Shown here: positions 11,292 to 26,900 of the stretch, one piece after another
Numbering within the stretch: the first letter of the stretch is position 1
Layout: each line of letters starts with the position of its first letter
Assembly (NCBI GenBank): GCA_038087875.1
Contig: JAXLNO010000213.1
Span: 124,001-188,000, forward strand
Direction of reading: 5' to 3'
DNA length: 64,000 nucleotides
DNA from: Malacoraja senta
Taxonomy: Eukaryota
Notes under the pieces: model-generated
Told to the model about the DNA's origin: nothing
Database searches by the model: none
Seen by the model: only the letters and a program-made list of their open reading frames with translations
Translations under genes and position numbers: made by a program

Positions 11292-13145
11292 AGATCATAA
11301 GTTATAGGAGTAGAATTGGGCCATTCGTCCCATTTAGTCTATTCCGGCATTCAATCGTGGCTGATCTGTACCCCGTAACGCCATTTTCCTGCCTCCTCCC
11401 CATAACCATTGACACCCGTTCTAATCAAGAATTTGTCTATCGCTGCCTTTAAAATATCCATTAACTTCCTTTCCACACCCACACTGCCTATGCCGTTCAT
11501 TGTTCTGTAAGTTTCAATGAGGTTCCCCTCTCAACCTTCTAATCTCATACGAGTACATGCCCAGTGCTGTCAAACGCGTACCATGTGCTAACCCACTCAT
11601 TCCTGGAATAATTCCTGTAAACCTCCTATGGACCCTCTCCAGAGCCAGGACATCCTTCCTCAGATGTTCTGCACACATGTTCTCACATTACTCCAAATGT
11701 GGGCCTGACCAGGGCCTTATGGATCCTCAGCATTACATCTCTGTTTTTGTATTCCAGTCCTCTTGGAATTTGCTTTCCTTGCAAATGTACTTTTTGAGAG
11801 TCCCACACCAACACTGCCAAGTCCCTTTGCACCTCCGATTTCTGGATTCTCTCTCCATTTAGAAAGTAATCTACCCCTTTATTATTTTTACCAAAATGCA
11901 TGACTCCGCACTCAGCTTTATTGAATCTCATCTGCCCACTCTCCCAACCTGTCCACGTTCTTGTGCGCAGTCCTTACTTCCACTGCACTGCCTGCCCCTC
12001 CAACAGGCTTAGCGTCATCTGCACACTTGGCCACAAAGATTTCAATCCACTTAGCCAAATCATTAATATACAACGTGAAGAAAAGCGGCCCCTGCAGCGA
12101 CACTTGCAGAACTCCACTGGTCACAGGCTGACAACCTGAATAAGCGCTTTTATTGCAACTCTTTGCCTTCTGCCATCCAGCCGACCCGCTATCCTTGCTA
12201 GTATCTTCCCTTCAGTACCATGGGATCTCATGTTCCCGAGCAGCCTGACGTGCGCACCAGTTCGAAGGCCTTCTGAAAATCTATGTAATCTACATCTACA
12301 GCCAACCTTCTGGCTGTCCCGCTATCAACTTCCTCAAAGAACTACAGCAGATTCGTCAGGCAAGATCTTCCCTTCACAAAACCATCCTGATTCGGCCCAT
12401 TTCATCGTGAACTTCGAAGTAACCTCATCCTTTATAATTGACTCTATAATCTTATCTACCGTCGAAGTCAGGCTTACTGGCCTAGAGTTCCCGCTCTTCT
12501 ACTCTGCTCCCTCCTTGTTCAGCGGTTTGATATTCGCAATTTTCCAATCTGCAGGAACTACTTCTAACTCTAATTATTCTAGAAATATCACAACAAATGC
12601 CTCCACAATCTCCGAGCCCACCTCCTTCAGAACCCTGGGGTGCAGTCCATCCGGTCCAGGCGACTTATCCACTCTCAGACCTTTCAGTTTTCCTCGCACA
12701 TTCTCCTAAGTAATCACTACTCCGCTAACTTCCTCCCCTGACTCTCTGGGATTGCAGGCACTTCCTGGTGTCTTTCGCTGTGAATACTAATGCAAAAACC
12801 TTATTCAATTCCTCTGCCATTTGTTGATTTCCCGTTATCTTTTCCCCCGCATCATTCTCCAGCGGCCCAACGTCCAAACTTGCCTCTTGTTTACTCTTTA
12901 TATATCCTCAGATACTCTTGCTATCATCTTTTATATTAAGAGAGAGTTGCATATAGCGCTTAGGGCTAACGGAATAAAGTGATATGTGCAGAAAGCAGGA
13001 ACGGGGTATTGATTCTGGATGAAACGCCATGATCATATTGAATGGCGGTGCTGCCTCAAGGGGCCCAATAGCCTATCCTGCGTCTATTTTCTATGTCTCT
13101 ATTGGCTAGCTTACATTTGTACTTCATCTTTCCTCTCCGCATTTA
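11292..13145 (-). mobile_element. Decayed CR1/HER1 LINE (RT region and tail) with a nested opposite-strand CR1 tail (~12941-13100)
   Basis: RT motifs SGVLQVSLQGPLFFTLYINDL, KCADDAK, RFNKAECGVMHFG and ALVRPTF. Confidence 0.85.
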
Positions 13146-13282
13146 GACGAACGGTCCTTTTATAAGCGAAGAATATAGCTCAGATCTCCCAAATGACACC
13201 ATCGCGGACAGAGCACGTATTTCAGCTGCTTTTCTTCAGTAACTAACATGCATCAGCACCAGAACCCAGGAAACAGCACACA

Positions 13283-13705
13283 TTCTCGACTGGATCCTCG
13301 ACTTTCTGACCGACAGTGAGGATAGGTGTCAATACCTGCTGTGCATAAAATATACGTTACCATTGGTTCCCCTGAGCGACGTGTTCTCAGTCCCCTGCAA
13401 TATTCCCTAGACGCTCATGACTTGCGAGCAAGTTCCACTCGAGCCCCATCTATAAATTTGCAGATGAAGCCAACGTGGCGGGCCGGTTCAAGAACAATGA
13501 CGGGACTAAATACAGGTAGGCGACAGGGAAGTTGAAACATGGCACCAGGACAAAAACCTCGCCCTGAATACACGCAAGACTGAGGTGTTGATTATCAACT
13601 CCAGGAAGTATACTGGAGTACCTGCCCAAATCAGCATCAATTGTGCAGAAGAGTAAATGGTTGAGACATTCATGTTCCTTGGAGATAGTATTACCAATGA
13701 TCTTC
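13283..13705 (+). mobile_element. Old Rex-Babar-like RT fragment
   Basis: Degenerate WILDFLTD, GSPE..VLSPLQYSL and KFADE motifs. Confidence 0.65.
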
Positions 13706-15295
13706 GTTTGATGTGATTGCATGTATGTATTGTTCACCTGTTTTCTTTCAATAACATGGAAAACAAACATTTTCGGTTTAGCGTGGTACACGTACTAATA
13801 ATAAACATTAATCTGCATTCCGCATTATGGTATCTTTTTCTTTGCACTGCCTGCTGCACTTATACATAACGTATAGAAATGTACAGCACAGGAAAAAGCA
13901 TTTCGGCCCGTAACGTCTGGGCCGATCATGATTAATTAATTAAGTTAAATTAATGTCATCTGCTTACACATGATGCATATCCCTCAAGTCTTTGCTAACA
14001 TCCTCCACCAACAACATTGGAAGCGCGGCCAGGCATCTGCCACCCTCTGTGTGAAGAAACGTGCCCCACACATTTCAGTTGAACTTTGCTCTCTTACGTC
14101 AAAGCCATGCCTTCTAGCCTTTGTATTTTCATCAATATGCTAAAACTTTAACGCCCTCTCCAAATCCTTCGCACCCTGCAGCGGAGAGCAGATGGGTCAG
14201 TGGGTCAGGCAGCATTTGCGGTGGGGATAGACAGACGTTGTTTCCTGATAGGTCCTTTCCCCAGACCTCTTCGTGGTCCCGACACAAAACGCCGTCTGTC
14301 CATTCCCTGCACAGATGCAGCCCGAACCGCGGATTTCCTCCATCCATTTGTGTTTTCCTCGCATTGTTTATTCCGCTTCAGATTAGCTACAGCAACTATA
14401 ACGCAGTCAGACATAGTGAGATATGCAACCGTGCAAATGAAGCATAAGACGGAATAGGAGGGAACGACATATGACACAGCGCAGCAGTAGAAAAAGGGAA
14501 GGACAAGACAGAAAACGATAGATGGAATATAGTCTAAGATTCCCTGTCAGGATTTGAACATGCTTCTCCTGTCGCTCTCCGTTGGCGGAGACAAGCCCAC
14601 AATAATTTATGACACTTTCCACTGTGAACTTTCAAATGTCGGAGCACGCGGATATTTACTTTGATTCGTTCATGCGCTCGTGGTTGCCGCCCAGTTCTGT
14701 TTCCTGCGGGTCAATAACAGTCAGCAGATCAGAGTATCACTAAGGTATAGAACACCATCCGGTTTTTGATAATTTCGCTACCTCCCATTTAATATATAAT
14801 TCCAAATTATTCGTCAGGATGTCGTGCTTCAAATTAGCTCGTAATTCCACACTGTATTATTTATGGTGTTGCCATGGAGCAAGTCCAAGATCCGCAACCT
14901 CACACCCCAGTTCCCATCCCCCCTTTGGACCATGTCCCCCGCTTCTCAGGTTAAGTCCCACATCCAGCAGACGTTCGGTAGTGAAACAGTCACGATATTA
15001 AAAAAAAAAAAAAACGATTGTACGGGTGCTTTTAAAGGAATGGTTAAAATGTATGTGAAAGAATCGCAGTGAAAACAAAGTCGCGTTGACGGGGCATCGC
15101 GGTTAGCGGGGATGAGTTGAGCCAAATAACTAGATTCAATGCAGTACGGCTCTGTGAATTGGATTGGTGATTCAAATGGCCATTATACCCTGTTCTATGA
15201 AAGTATGTGCGCAGTAGAAATTGGGGCAGTTGCGTGAGAATATTGGGAGATCAAACTGGGTTGAGATCAAATGTATGTTGAGCTATCGGCATGGA

Positions 15296-16230
15296 TCAAG
15301 TAGCCTGCTTCTGTAATGTATGCGCCCACGAACAAACAAGTGCACGAATTCTTCTCAGTGGGAATTTAATGGCGTTCATCAGCTCCTGTCTGAATTTACT
15401 CTGGGTCACCACGTAAATACACGTGTTGGTGCAGGAACTGAGCAGCTGTAAGAACCCAGACGTGACACGCGTGATATAGTAATAACCGGTGGGGGAGCCG
15501 TCATATCCGGTCTTCGCAATACTGGTAAAGATGATAAAGACAGCTTGTGTTGCCCACAGCAATATGAAAGTGCCCGTGATACTAAAGAGTAAAACAATTG
15601 ATTTCCTGCGGTTCTCCATCTCCGGGTCCTTGTCATTCTCTCCCTTGCTGCGGCCCCGGAGCCCCCTGCGGACTCTGCCGGCCGCTAAAATCCGCCTGAC
15701 CGTCAGCACATTGAGCAGAAGGATCAGAAAGAACGGGATACAAGGGGTTAGAACGCGGCGTGTGACATTATATGCGATCCATGCAGACGACGTATAGAAG
15801 GTGGGTTTTTTAGAGCAACGCCAGGGTAGATTATCAGACACGTAGCCAGGTTCTATCGTAAAACACAGGGGTACGTTCTCTAAACAGCCCAGCACACTCA
15901 CTGCCCCGATAACCACAGCCGCCGTTCTCTCGGTGCAATATCTCGTTTTCAGCTTCTCACAACAAATGGCCACAAACCGATCGAAGGTGAAGGCGACCGT
16001 CAGCCAGACAGAGACAGCGGTGATTGCAAAGACCAGGAATTCGAGAGTCGTGCACACGGGAGTAATGTTCAGAAAAGATTCCGGGAAGTGAATTTTAATA
16101 GTCAGACGTAGAAACGGATCACTGATACCGACCAGAAGATCAGACGCTGCCATGGCCACCAGGTAGATTGTGATGCATTTGGAGAGACAGCATTTACCTC
16201 GACAGAGAATCACAATCGCCAGCAAGTTCA
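15296..16230 (-). CDS. GPR139-like orphan class A GPCR B1, coding exon 2 (intact)
   Basis: Motifs NLLAIVILCRGKC, YLVAMAASDL, SVWLTVAFTFDRFVAICC, LLNVLTV, RRKSIVLLF and SCTNTCIYVVTQSKFR. Acceptor CTCTCTCACAG|TG, phase 1. With exon 1 the CDS is 1005 nt (334 aa). Confidence 0.92.
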
Positions 16231-16757
16231 CTGTGAGAGAGAGAAGAGTTATTACTTATACAAATCCCGCAAAAAGTATCTGAGGAACATTGTCTGATTG
16301 GAAGGGTTTCAAACTTGGATGCGTTGACCAAATGCCCCTTAGCTCCGACAGAGTACAGAGACTACAACCTTTGGACCACGGTGTCCACGCACCTCATCAA
16401 ACACCAATGTCTATTACGCTCACAGCTTTTAATTCTCCCCACATTCTTATCAACTGTCCCCCCAGATTGTAGCATCCATCTACACAAAGCCCCATATACA
16501 GTAGTTACAGAAACCATTAATAGGCAGTAGCTCTATTGCATGTGGGATGAACCACGAGCGCAGCCAGGAGTAGCGCGGCGTCGGAGGACGAACGATGAGA
16601 CATTGCACAAATAGCACGGGAGGTAGAGAATGAACGTGCGTCTCCGGAACTGTGCGACACCGACAGTGCTGACTGTGGCACGGTAGCGAGGATGTACAGA
16701 TACATCTGCGGTTATAAGTTCGAATTTACAGATCGTCCAAAGGAGAGGATGGCAAGA

Positions 16758-18058
16758 TACAATAGACAATAGACAATAGGTGCAGGAGTAGGGCATTCGG
16801 CCCTTCAATCCAGCACCGCCATTCATTGAGATCATGGCTCATCATCTCCAATGACTACCTCGTTCCTGCCTTCTCCCCATATCCCCTGACTCCGCTACCT
16901 TTAAGAGCCCTATCTAGCTCTCTCATGAAAGTATCCAGAGAACCGGCCTCCACCGCCCTCTGAGGCAGAGAATTCCACAGACACATAACTCTCTGTGAGA
17001 AAAAGTGTTTTCTCATCTCCGTTCTAAATGGCTTACCCCTTATTATTAAACTGTGGCCCATGGATCTGCACTCCCTCAACATCGGGAACATGTTTCCTGC
17101 CTCTTGCGTGTAAAAACCCTTGACAATCTTACATGTTTCTTTCAGATCCTCTCTCATCCTTCTAAACTCCAGAGCGTACAAGCCCAAACGCTCCATTCTC
17201 TCAGCATATGACAGTTCAGCGATCCCGGGACTTAACCTTGTAAACCAACGCTGCACTCCCTCAATAGCAAGAATGTCCTTCCTCAAATTAGGGGACCAAA
17301 CTGCACACAATACTTCAGGTGTGGTCTCACTAGGGCCCTGTACAACTGCAGAATGACCTCTTTTTTGTTATGAAGGCCAACATGCCATTCGCTTTCTTCA
17401 CCGCCTGCTGTACCTGCATGCTTACTTTCATTGACTGATGAACAAGGACCCCCAGATCCCGTTGTACTTCCCCTTTTCCCAACTTGACGCCATTAAGATA
17501 GTAATCTGCTTTCCTGTTTTTGATACCAAAGTGAATAACCTCACATTTATCCACATTAAACTCCATCTGCCATACATCTGCGCACTCCCCCAACCTGTCC
17601 AAGTCACCCTGCATTCTCATAGCATCCTCCTCACAGTTCACACTGCCACCCAGCTTTGTGTCATGTGCAAATTTGCTAATGTTGCTTTGAAACCCATCAT
17701 CCAAATCATTGATATATATTGTAAATAGCTGCGGTCCCAGCACTGAGCCTTGCGGTACCACACTAGTAACTGCCTGCCATTCTGAAAGGGACCCGTTAAT
17801 CCCTTCTCTTTGTTTCCTGTCTGCCAACCAATTTTCTATCCATGTCAGCATTCTACCTCCAATACCAAGTGCCCTAATTTTGCCCACTAATCTCCTATGT
17901 GGGACCTTATCAAATGATTTCTGAAAGTCCAGGTACACTACATCCACTGGCTCTCCCTTGTCCATTTTCCTGGTTACATTCCAGAAGATTAGTCAAGCAT
18001 GATTTCCCCTTCGTAAATCCATGCTGACTCGGACCGATCCTGTTACTGCTATCCAAAT
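16758..18058 (-). mobile_element. 5'-truncated CR1/HER1 LINE in the B1 intron
   Basis: ORFs with YLDFQKSFDKVPH, VPQGSVLGPQLFTIYINDL and WNSLPQRAVEAGSL, plus a TCTATTG-repeat tail. Confidence 0.92.
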
Positions 18059-18605
18059 ATATAACATTAACTGACATAATATTACGTGACAGCATTTGTT
18101 TACATCTGAATTAACGCATAGTAAAATCGTGACACTTCCATAGTCAGAAACCAGCTCGTGACATTCACTTGCTTTATCTAATGAGCTGTAGAATTACAGG
18201 TCTAACACGGGATTATGCTTCCCGCAGCGCCGACTGCAGAAAATATATAGATTATATATTCAGTTAAGCAGGGTTGTCCGATTGGGAACAGATGTCATTT
18301 CATTAACTGGTTTCAGACTATCCATGCAAGGAGTCCAAGGTGCCATTATCGTGATTATCTGATACCTGCTCTCTGGTCAGGGCTGTGGCCAGCGCAATCA
18401 GTACAGAGAGTGATGCAGGCCAGGATAAACAACGGGCATGACGTATATATTGCGGCAGTTACAGTAGGAAAATGGATGTCTGACCAAATTAAACAAGTGA
18501 ATTATTGAAACAGAAAAAATATTGTTTAACGCCGGCAGCGGCGGAGAACACGGAATGTCTCCCAGCTAATGCACGTACATGAAAATCAAAGACCAAACAA
18601 AGTAC

Positions 18606-18675
18606 CGGAAACAGCGACAGCCGCTATTACAGGGTAATATACATCTTCAATTCGATAGATCAATGGATATCCCAT
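18606..18675 (-). CDS. GPR139-like GPCR B1, coding exon 1 (MGYPLIYRIEDVYYPVIAAVAVS)
   Basis: ATG at 18675, 70 nt, donor TCCG|GTACTT. Phase 1 joins in frame to exon 2 (V-NLLAIV). The YYP motif precedes TM1 as in A2 exon 1. Confidence 0.85.
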
Positions 18676-18768
18676 AGCTGGAAGACACAATTAACTCCTG
18701 TGGCTCCGTCAGTCCATCAACGCTGCAGCTCTGTGTCGATGCGTTTTGTTGGGCACCGAGATATATAG

Positions 18769-18778
18769 AGCGATAGGT
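18769..18778 (-). promoter_or_regulatory. Candidate TATA box of B1
   Basis: CTATATATCT about 95 bp upstream of the ATG, conserved in B2 (~39093). Confidence 0.45.
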
Positions 18779-19262
18779 CTCCAGCGACATGACCTCATAC
18801 CTGCTGATTGTCATTAGTGACAGTCACGGAACAAACACCTTGCATCACAGCCGCTGAATCCACCACGGGAGATTACAAGCAAATAATTGAAGGATCGACT
18901 GAAAAAAACACAAAACGAGTCGCTGAACTCTGAACCATAAATAACGGTCCCGATCCGAAAAGTCACCTGTACATGTTCACAAAAAACGTTGCACGATCCC
19001 TTGAGTTACTCCAGCACTTTACTTCGATGAAAATAAGAATTACCGATTTCCAATGAAAGAATGATATATGGCACTGTGATGTTTCATTTAATGTTGGTGT
19101 GATTTCGATGAGTTTCTCCAGGGCTCCAGACTGAATTATAAATGTATCTAAACTACCAGCACTGAATCTTCCGGTACATCCACACCAATCTCCCACTGCA
19201 ACTTTCCATATTTTATTGCGAAAATAAAGCATTATTTATTTCTGTCCAAGTTGCAATAGGAT

Positions 19263-19650
19263 CAATAGACAATAGACAATAGTTGCAGGAGTAGGCCATT
19301 CGGCCCTTCGACCCTGCACCGTCATTCAATGTGATCATGGCTGATCATCCCCAATCAGTACCCCGTTCCTGCCTTCTCCCCATATCCCCTGACTCCGCTA
19401 TCTTTAAGAGCCTTATTAGCTCTCTCTTGAAAGTATCCAGAGAACCGGCCTCAACCGCTCTCCGAGGCAGCGAATTCCACAGACTTACAACTCTCTGCGT
19501 GAAAAAGTGTTTCCTCATCTCCGTTCTAAATGGCCGACCACTTATTCTTAAAGTGCGGCCCCAGGTTCTGGACTCCCCCAACATCGGGAACATGTTTCCT
19601 GCCTCTAGCGCATGCAAACACATAATAATCTTATGTTTCAATAAGATTCA
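19263..19650 (-). mobile_element. CR1/HER1 3' fragment
   Basis: FFTQRVVSLWNSLPRRAVEAGSL plus the conserved tail. Confidence 0.88.
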
Positions 19651-20040
19651 TGGAATGTCATTGCCCCTCATGACTGGTTACATTTTAATGTATTATATCA
19701 TAACAACCAACCAACTGCATTGGGTGGTTTATGCCAAAGTTAAATACTAAATGCTGGAATTGATCAGCGAGCCAATGTATGGGAATAAACATATAATATT
19801 ACTTCTCTGTTTATATTCCCCTTTTATTTCGGAAAGATGGAAAAACAACAGGCTTCTCTTTCTGCAAGCGATTGCGCTCCGACTTGGATATTTATAAGAC
19901 AATTTTACCGGTCCATTGTATTCTAAAGTCATATGAAACTGAAACAAGCACTCGGCCCACATATCCACACATTTATCGTCTGCCTTTCTAAACTATTCAC
20001 ATTTACCTATGCCATCCGTAGTCCTCACTGCCTTGACCAA

Positions 20041-20366
20041 TAGGCAATAAACAATAGACAATAGGTGCAGGAGTAGACCATTTGGCCCTTCGATCCGGCA
20101 CCACCATTCAATGTGATCATGGCTGATCATCCCCAATCAGTACCCCGTTCCTGCCTTCTCCCCATGTCCCCTGACTCCTCTATCTTTAAGAGCCCTATCT
20201 AGCTCTCTCTTGAAAGTATCCAGAGAACCGTCCTCCACCGCCCACTGAGGCAGAGAATTCCACAGTCTCGCCACTCTCTGGGTGAAAAAGTGTTTCCTCG
20301 TCTCCGTTCTAAATGGCTTACCCCTTATTCTTAAACTGTGCGTGGACCCTGGTTCTGGACTCCCCG
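20041..20366 (-). mobile_element. CR1/HER1 3' fragment
   Basis: Same conserved tail as 19263-19650. Confidence 0.88.
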
Positions 20367-20536
20367 TTCACCTAAAGTATTAGTCTCAGTACTTCTTAAA
20401 TGTGGTGACAGTCACTGCGACCACCATCCTCTCAGGAATTGCACTGGCCCCGTAGCAGAAGCGTCCACGTCGCGGGGCTGGAAACTGGAAGTATCCCGAG
20501 CTAGTTCTGCTACCACCATCATCATCTTTCGACTCC

Positions 20537-21135
20537 ACGGTCAAAAAGGCACAACAGATGATGTACTTCCTACGGCAGCTGAGGAAGCACAATCTGCCAC
20601 AGGCAATGATGGTCCAATTCTTCACGGCCATCGTAGAGTCTGTTCTCACCTTCTCCATCATGGTCTGGTTTGGATCAGCCACCAAGCACGACCCCTGGAG
20701 GCTGCAGCGAATCGTCCGATCAGCAGAGAAGGTTATTGGCTGCAATCTTCCCTCCATTGATGAACTGTACACTGCAAGGGCCAGGAAGCGAATGGGCAAG
20801 TTCATCTCTGACCCCTCTCACCCTGGCCACAAACTCTTTGAATCACTTCCCTCTGGAAGGCGACTCCGGATTGTCAAAGTTGCCACAGACAGACATAAAA
20901 ACTGTTTTAATCCACGAGTAGTTGCTCTACTCAACAGCCAAAAATCTGTAGCCTCCCTTTGATCTGGTATTTTGTTGGTTCACATGCTTGATCAATGGTG
21001 TTTTATTATTAATGTTTTATTACTATTAAGGTTTAGTGTTTTCTGAGTCATCCGTAACTGTCACTGTATGTCATGTTGTTACTTGTGGGCGGAGCACCAA
21101 GGCAAATTCCTTGTATGTGAATACTTGGCCAATAA
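20537..21135 (+). mobile_element. Rex-Babar-type LINE 3' fragment
   Basis: KKAQQMMYFLRQLRKHNLPQAMMVQFFTAIVESVLTFSIMVWFG...LPSGRR, ending AATAAACTTAC. Confidence 0.88.
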
Positions 21136-22651
<1,516 letters not shown>

Positions 22652-22914
22652 CCGCTGCATGGACCCGCTACCACCATCATCTATTGCAACAAGTGGTGGC
22701 TGCCACTGATTGTCGCCGGATGCTTGCGTCCTGTTCAGGACCGACATGACAGCGACGTCAATCATTGTAGCAAGATGGACTCGAAAATAAGAAGGAATTG
22801 CACTCCAAATGGCATCAGACTCTCCATTAATTTATCTTCCTGGTATCACTCCTCATCTTGTACTTCTGTCATCGTTTAAATTGGCTGTGGGGATCCGTTT
22901 TCTACCATCAAGCC

Positions 22915-22979
<65 letters not shown>

Positions 22980-22996
22980 TAATAATAATAATAATG

Positions 22997-23039
<43 letters not shown>

Positions 23040-23059
23040 TAATAATAATAATAATGATG

Positions 23060-23131
<72 letters not shown>
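22915..23131. repeat. (AAT)n microsatellite, forming the tail of the adjacent minus-strand LINE
   Basis: Read directly. Confidence 0.97.
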
Positions 23132-23134
<3 letters not shown>

Positions 23135-23890
23135 GGTTTCTTGGTTTCTTGGTCCTCCAAAATATTCCAAATGGAATTTAAACTGGAGGTGGTGGAGGGA
23201 GGACTTAAGCCAGAAAGGGTTTTTGGGAAGAAAGAGCCACCTTAAATTTGTATCTGGTTGGGTAACTATGGTAGGTTGAAGATTATTCCATGCTTTAATT
23301 GTGCGGGGGAAGAACGAATTGTTGTAAACATCTGTCTTGGTAGCTGGAATCTCAAATTGGATCGAATGCCCTCGTCTGTTCCTAATTGGTTTGAGTTTGG
23401 TGTAGGTCTTGTAATCTATGTCGAGCTGACCATTTAACATTTTGTAAAAAAACAGGGCAAACGGTGAGCTTGACGTCTGTCTTGGCGAGGGTTCCACCGC
23501 AGTGAATTCAGAAGTTTGGTAACACTCGCTTCTCTCTCATAGGTGTTAGTAACAAATCGAGCTGCCTGTCTTTGGACACGTTCGATGGAAGAAATGATTT
23601 TATTTGTGTATGGGTCCCATGCTGCAACTGCGTAGCCCAAATGAGGTCTAACGAGGGGGAAGTATAGCTTCTCCTTGACAGAAGTTGAACAATGATGAAA
23701 GTTGCGCCTCAGAAAATTTAGGACACCTGTTGCTTTCACCGTTGCATGATGAGCCTGACCTTTCCAACGCAGATCATTCTGCAATTTGATGCCATGATAC
23801 TTAGTTTGTTTGGCTTCTTCAAGTGTGGCACCAAGTATATTGTCAGATGTTTCGCCTGGATTCCTCTTTCTGGTGACACGGAGGGTTTCA
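23132..23890 (-). mobile_element. CR1-group (L2/Crack-like) LINE 3' fragment, distinct from HER1
   Basis: KYHGIKLQNDLRW, LNFLRRNFHHCSTSVKEKLY..LVRPHLGYA.AAWDPY, IERVQRQAARFV and NSFFPRTIKAWNNL. Confidence 0.85.
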
Positions 23891-23975
23891 AAGCTGCTGC
23901 AGCCAGACATAAAATCAACATTTTCCACAAGTGGTAGCTCTACTCAAAAACCAAAAATCTGTAGCCTCCTTTTGT

Positions 23976-26900
23976 AGCAATGTTAAATTATTTTGATATT
24001 TTAAAAATCAAGTCTGCAATTTATCCCATCAGATAAAGCATTAAAAGAATTTTAATTTGGCACCTAATTCACTTTCATATCTTCGGTATTAAAAAAAGTT
24101 ATGGCCATTTTCATACTCGGAAATTAGCATCTTGTTCCCTATGCTTTTCCATTGACTTAACACAAAAGCTGTGATCGAGGACAGTCAAAAGCCCATAACT
24201 TTCTTAAAAATTAAGGGAACTGAATGAAATTTTCAGTTATCATAGATTGAAGCATTCTGAAACAAATATAAAACAATCTTACCTGGATGACCTGAAATTA
24301 AAGCATATAATTAGTTAGTTGTTTAATTGTAGCTAATTACAAAATTGACCGTTGTGACGGAAATAGTAATAAACACCCAGACTGCTTTGAAAATACAAAA
24401 ATGTGATATTCACAAGATCAGAACGTTAATATTATTGTATTATCTGCTGTAAGTCCGTTATAGATAGGTAAATAATTTATAATTTCTAGCAATAGACCAA
24501 GTCTTTATGGAGAAGATCAGTTGCTAGCTGGTACCTTGGCATATCAAAATCAGCAGCATCATCAGTACTCCTCAGATTGCAACCAATAAGGAACTCTGTA
24601 CACGTTGTTTTTCCTCAACTTTTAGATTTTGGCATTGTAAACTACAATCCTTTGCTCTTCAAACCACGCATGACATGCCTTTCTGCCCACTACTTTCCCA
24701 TTAAGTATATCCTGTATATCATCACATTTGGAGTAGTCCAAATTTGTATAATCTCTGCGAATGCTGTTTAAATCAGTCTCTTTCAATTTTTTCCTAGTTT
24801 TTTCCTTTCTTTCGTGTCCCGAGCATGCTCCTTGCCTTTCTGTCGCTTGATGATTTCTTCTCTCAATTCTGTTTTCCTTCCGTCTGTTCCTCTGCATTCT
24901 CCCCCATGTCACTACCTTATAGAGCACCTCCTCCCTACGCTGCTCCTCGAGATTATCAAGGTAATAGACTGTTTTATTCTTGCAGGCCCGCATCCTACAT
25001 GACAAATAACACATGGTGGCATTGGGAGATTTCTGTTTCGATGAGCTCAACATCCCCATTATCTCCTCCGCATCAATGTTATGTGAACTTGCTGATGCAT
25101 TCTCCTCCTTCAGTTTCTCAGTTACAACAAGTTCAAAGTATTTACTATACTGCCTCTCCAACACAGTGTTGACAGCTTGAAGACAGCTCGTCATCTTTGA
25201 ACTGAACTGTGGATGTACTGGTAGCTCCCAAAGTTTTGTCAATGTGGCGTCAAGATGTACCTCCTCACCGAATAAATCGTCCCTTGCCAATATCAAGTTG
25301 TCTCGATTTTCTGTGGCTTCTTTAGAGCAGCAATCACCCCTTTATCCACTTTGATCCCATCAACATGTTAGATCTGATTCTGGCCTGAAGTGTCGAAGCG
25401 CTTCATCCAAGGCCCAGTCAGATATTTGCCAAGTAAGCCTAATATCTGAAGTTCCACTTTTGCTTCAGCCTGGGTGAAGTCATGATGGATGGTGCTTCTC
25501 AACCCCCGACAGGATGTTCCGCTATTCAGCAGGGCAACAAAGTCGTCATAATGTTCTATGAACTTGCCACTAATATGAAACAGTATGTGCAATCTGTTGC
25601 CACGGTACCGTGGGAGGAAACCTCGGGGGAAGTTCCTGTCATCTAAAAATGCGACAAATCCTTTTGGGTCGCCTTTTCCGTTTTTGTACCGAGGTTTGCT
25701 CATCTGCAGTAGATTTACTGCTAGACAGTCTTTCCCAAACAAGAATTGTCCTCTGGATTGTTTCTGCATTTTGAGGGCTGAGCGAACTGATGTAGCAATG
25801 GAGTCAAGAGGATGCAAGTGGCAGTAGAGTTCGTTCAAATATTTACCCCACTCACTACTAACAATCCTAATAGCAGCATGATTAGCTGCACACCTGTCAC
25901 TCATTGTGTTTGAAATATTGTCGATTATCTTTTGTCTGGTATCTTGAAAATATGCTTGCTCATTGAAATAAGTGTAAGTTTTACAAAAATTGTCAATTGT
26001 TTCGCAAATATGTTGTGCATAGTCCTCAGCAGTCCCACCAGCCAATTCATCGACTGCTGCAGAAAGACATTTGTCTGTGGTGGTGAAATGAACACTGTTA
26101 ATGTGGGTCTCTTCCTGGGTGGTTGCATCAAAACCCACAGTCAAACCCCTTGTTGCTAGGATCATCTCTGCTGTTTGCAACTCAGCTCCCAATTATCATT
26201 CCATAACTAAAACTGCACTGCGTCGAGGAACATAATCCAGATGAAGTCCACTCCGCTTGTTGAACTGGCTTATCAGGATTGGAATGTTTGCTGTGGGAGT
26301 TTTGTTTACAATACAGTCAAACACATGCATCCTTATTGTTGAGGAGTAGGTTTTCTGGCCCACCTTTGCCTTGACAATACTGGCAGCCTGCAGAGTTTCG
26401 ATTGTTTCTTTGAGGACAAGATTGTCAAATTCGAGGCGTCTCACATCCTCTTCCCTGTCCTTTAAATTTTCATGAACTTTTCTGTGCTGGGGAATTGAAA
26501 CAGTTTTCCTCTTTTTCTTACTGCCACGAAACATCAGCAATTGTCTGTGTGTTTTTTAAAGTCTCAAAAGCTCTGATTTGGTTTCAGCAAGCTCTTGAGC
26601 CAATGTATTCCCACGTAATTTGGTTTTGAGTTCCAGAATCTTTCTGTGCGTTAAATCTATTTGGTTTTGCTTTCACTTTAAGGCTTGATTAACTACACGT
26701 ATGGGAGTTTTCAACCGTGCCCTAAGTTCACTGATCTTTGTGTGATACTTTGTTGAAAGGGCAGCCCTGGATTCGGACAGAAAGTTTAGTCTTTTCTTCC
26801 ATTTCAGTTTCCTTGGTGAAAGACTTAGAAATTCTCTGCTACATCTTGTTGAAACACTAGATGTCGATGACATTGGTCCAGGTGAGGCAGCAGCTGTCGT

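Larger units (their letters stand above)
13882..19042 (-). repeat. Inverted segmental duplication arm (pairs with 38820-~43015)
   Basis: Reverse-complement identity across the promoter, exon 1, intron, exon 2 and downstream flank of the B genes. Confidence 0.93.

Noticed and set aside
22853..23245. Poly-N, poly-I and poly-Y ORFs
   Set aside because: Artefacts of the (AAT)n microsatellite.
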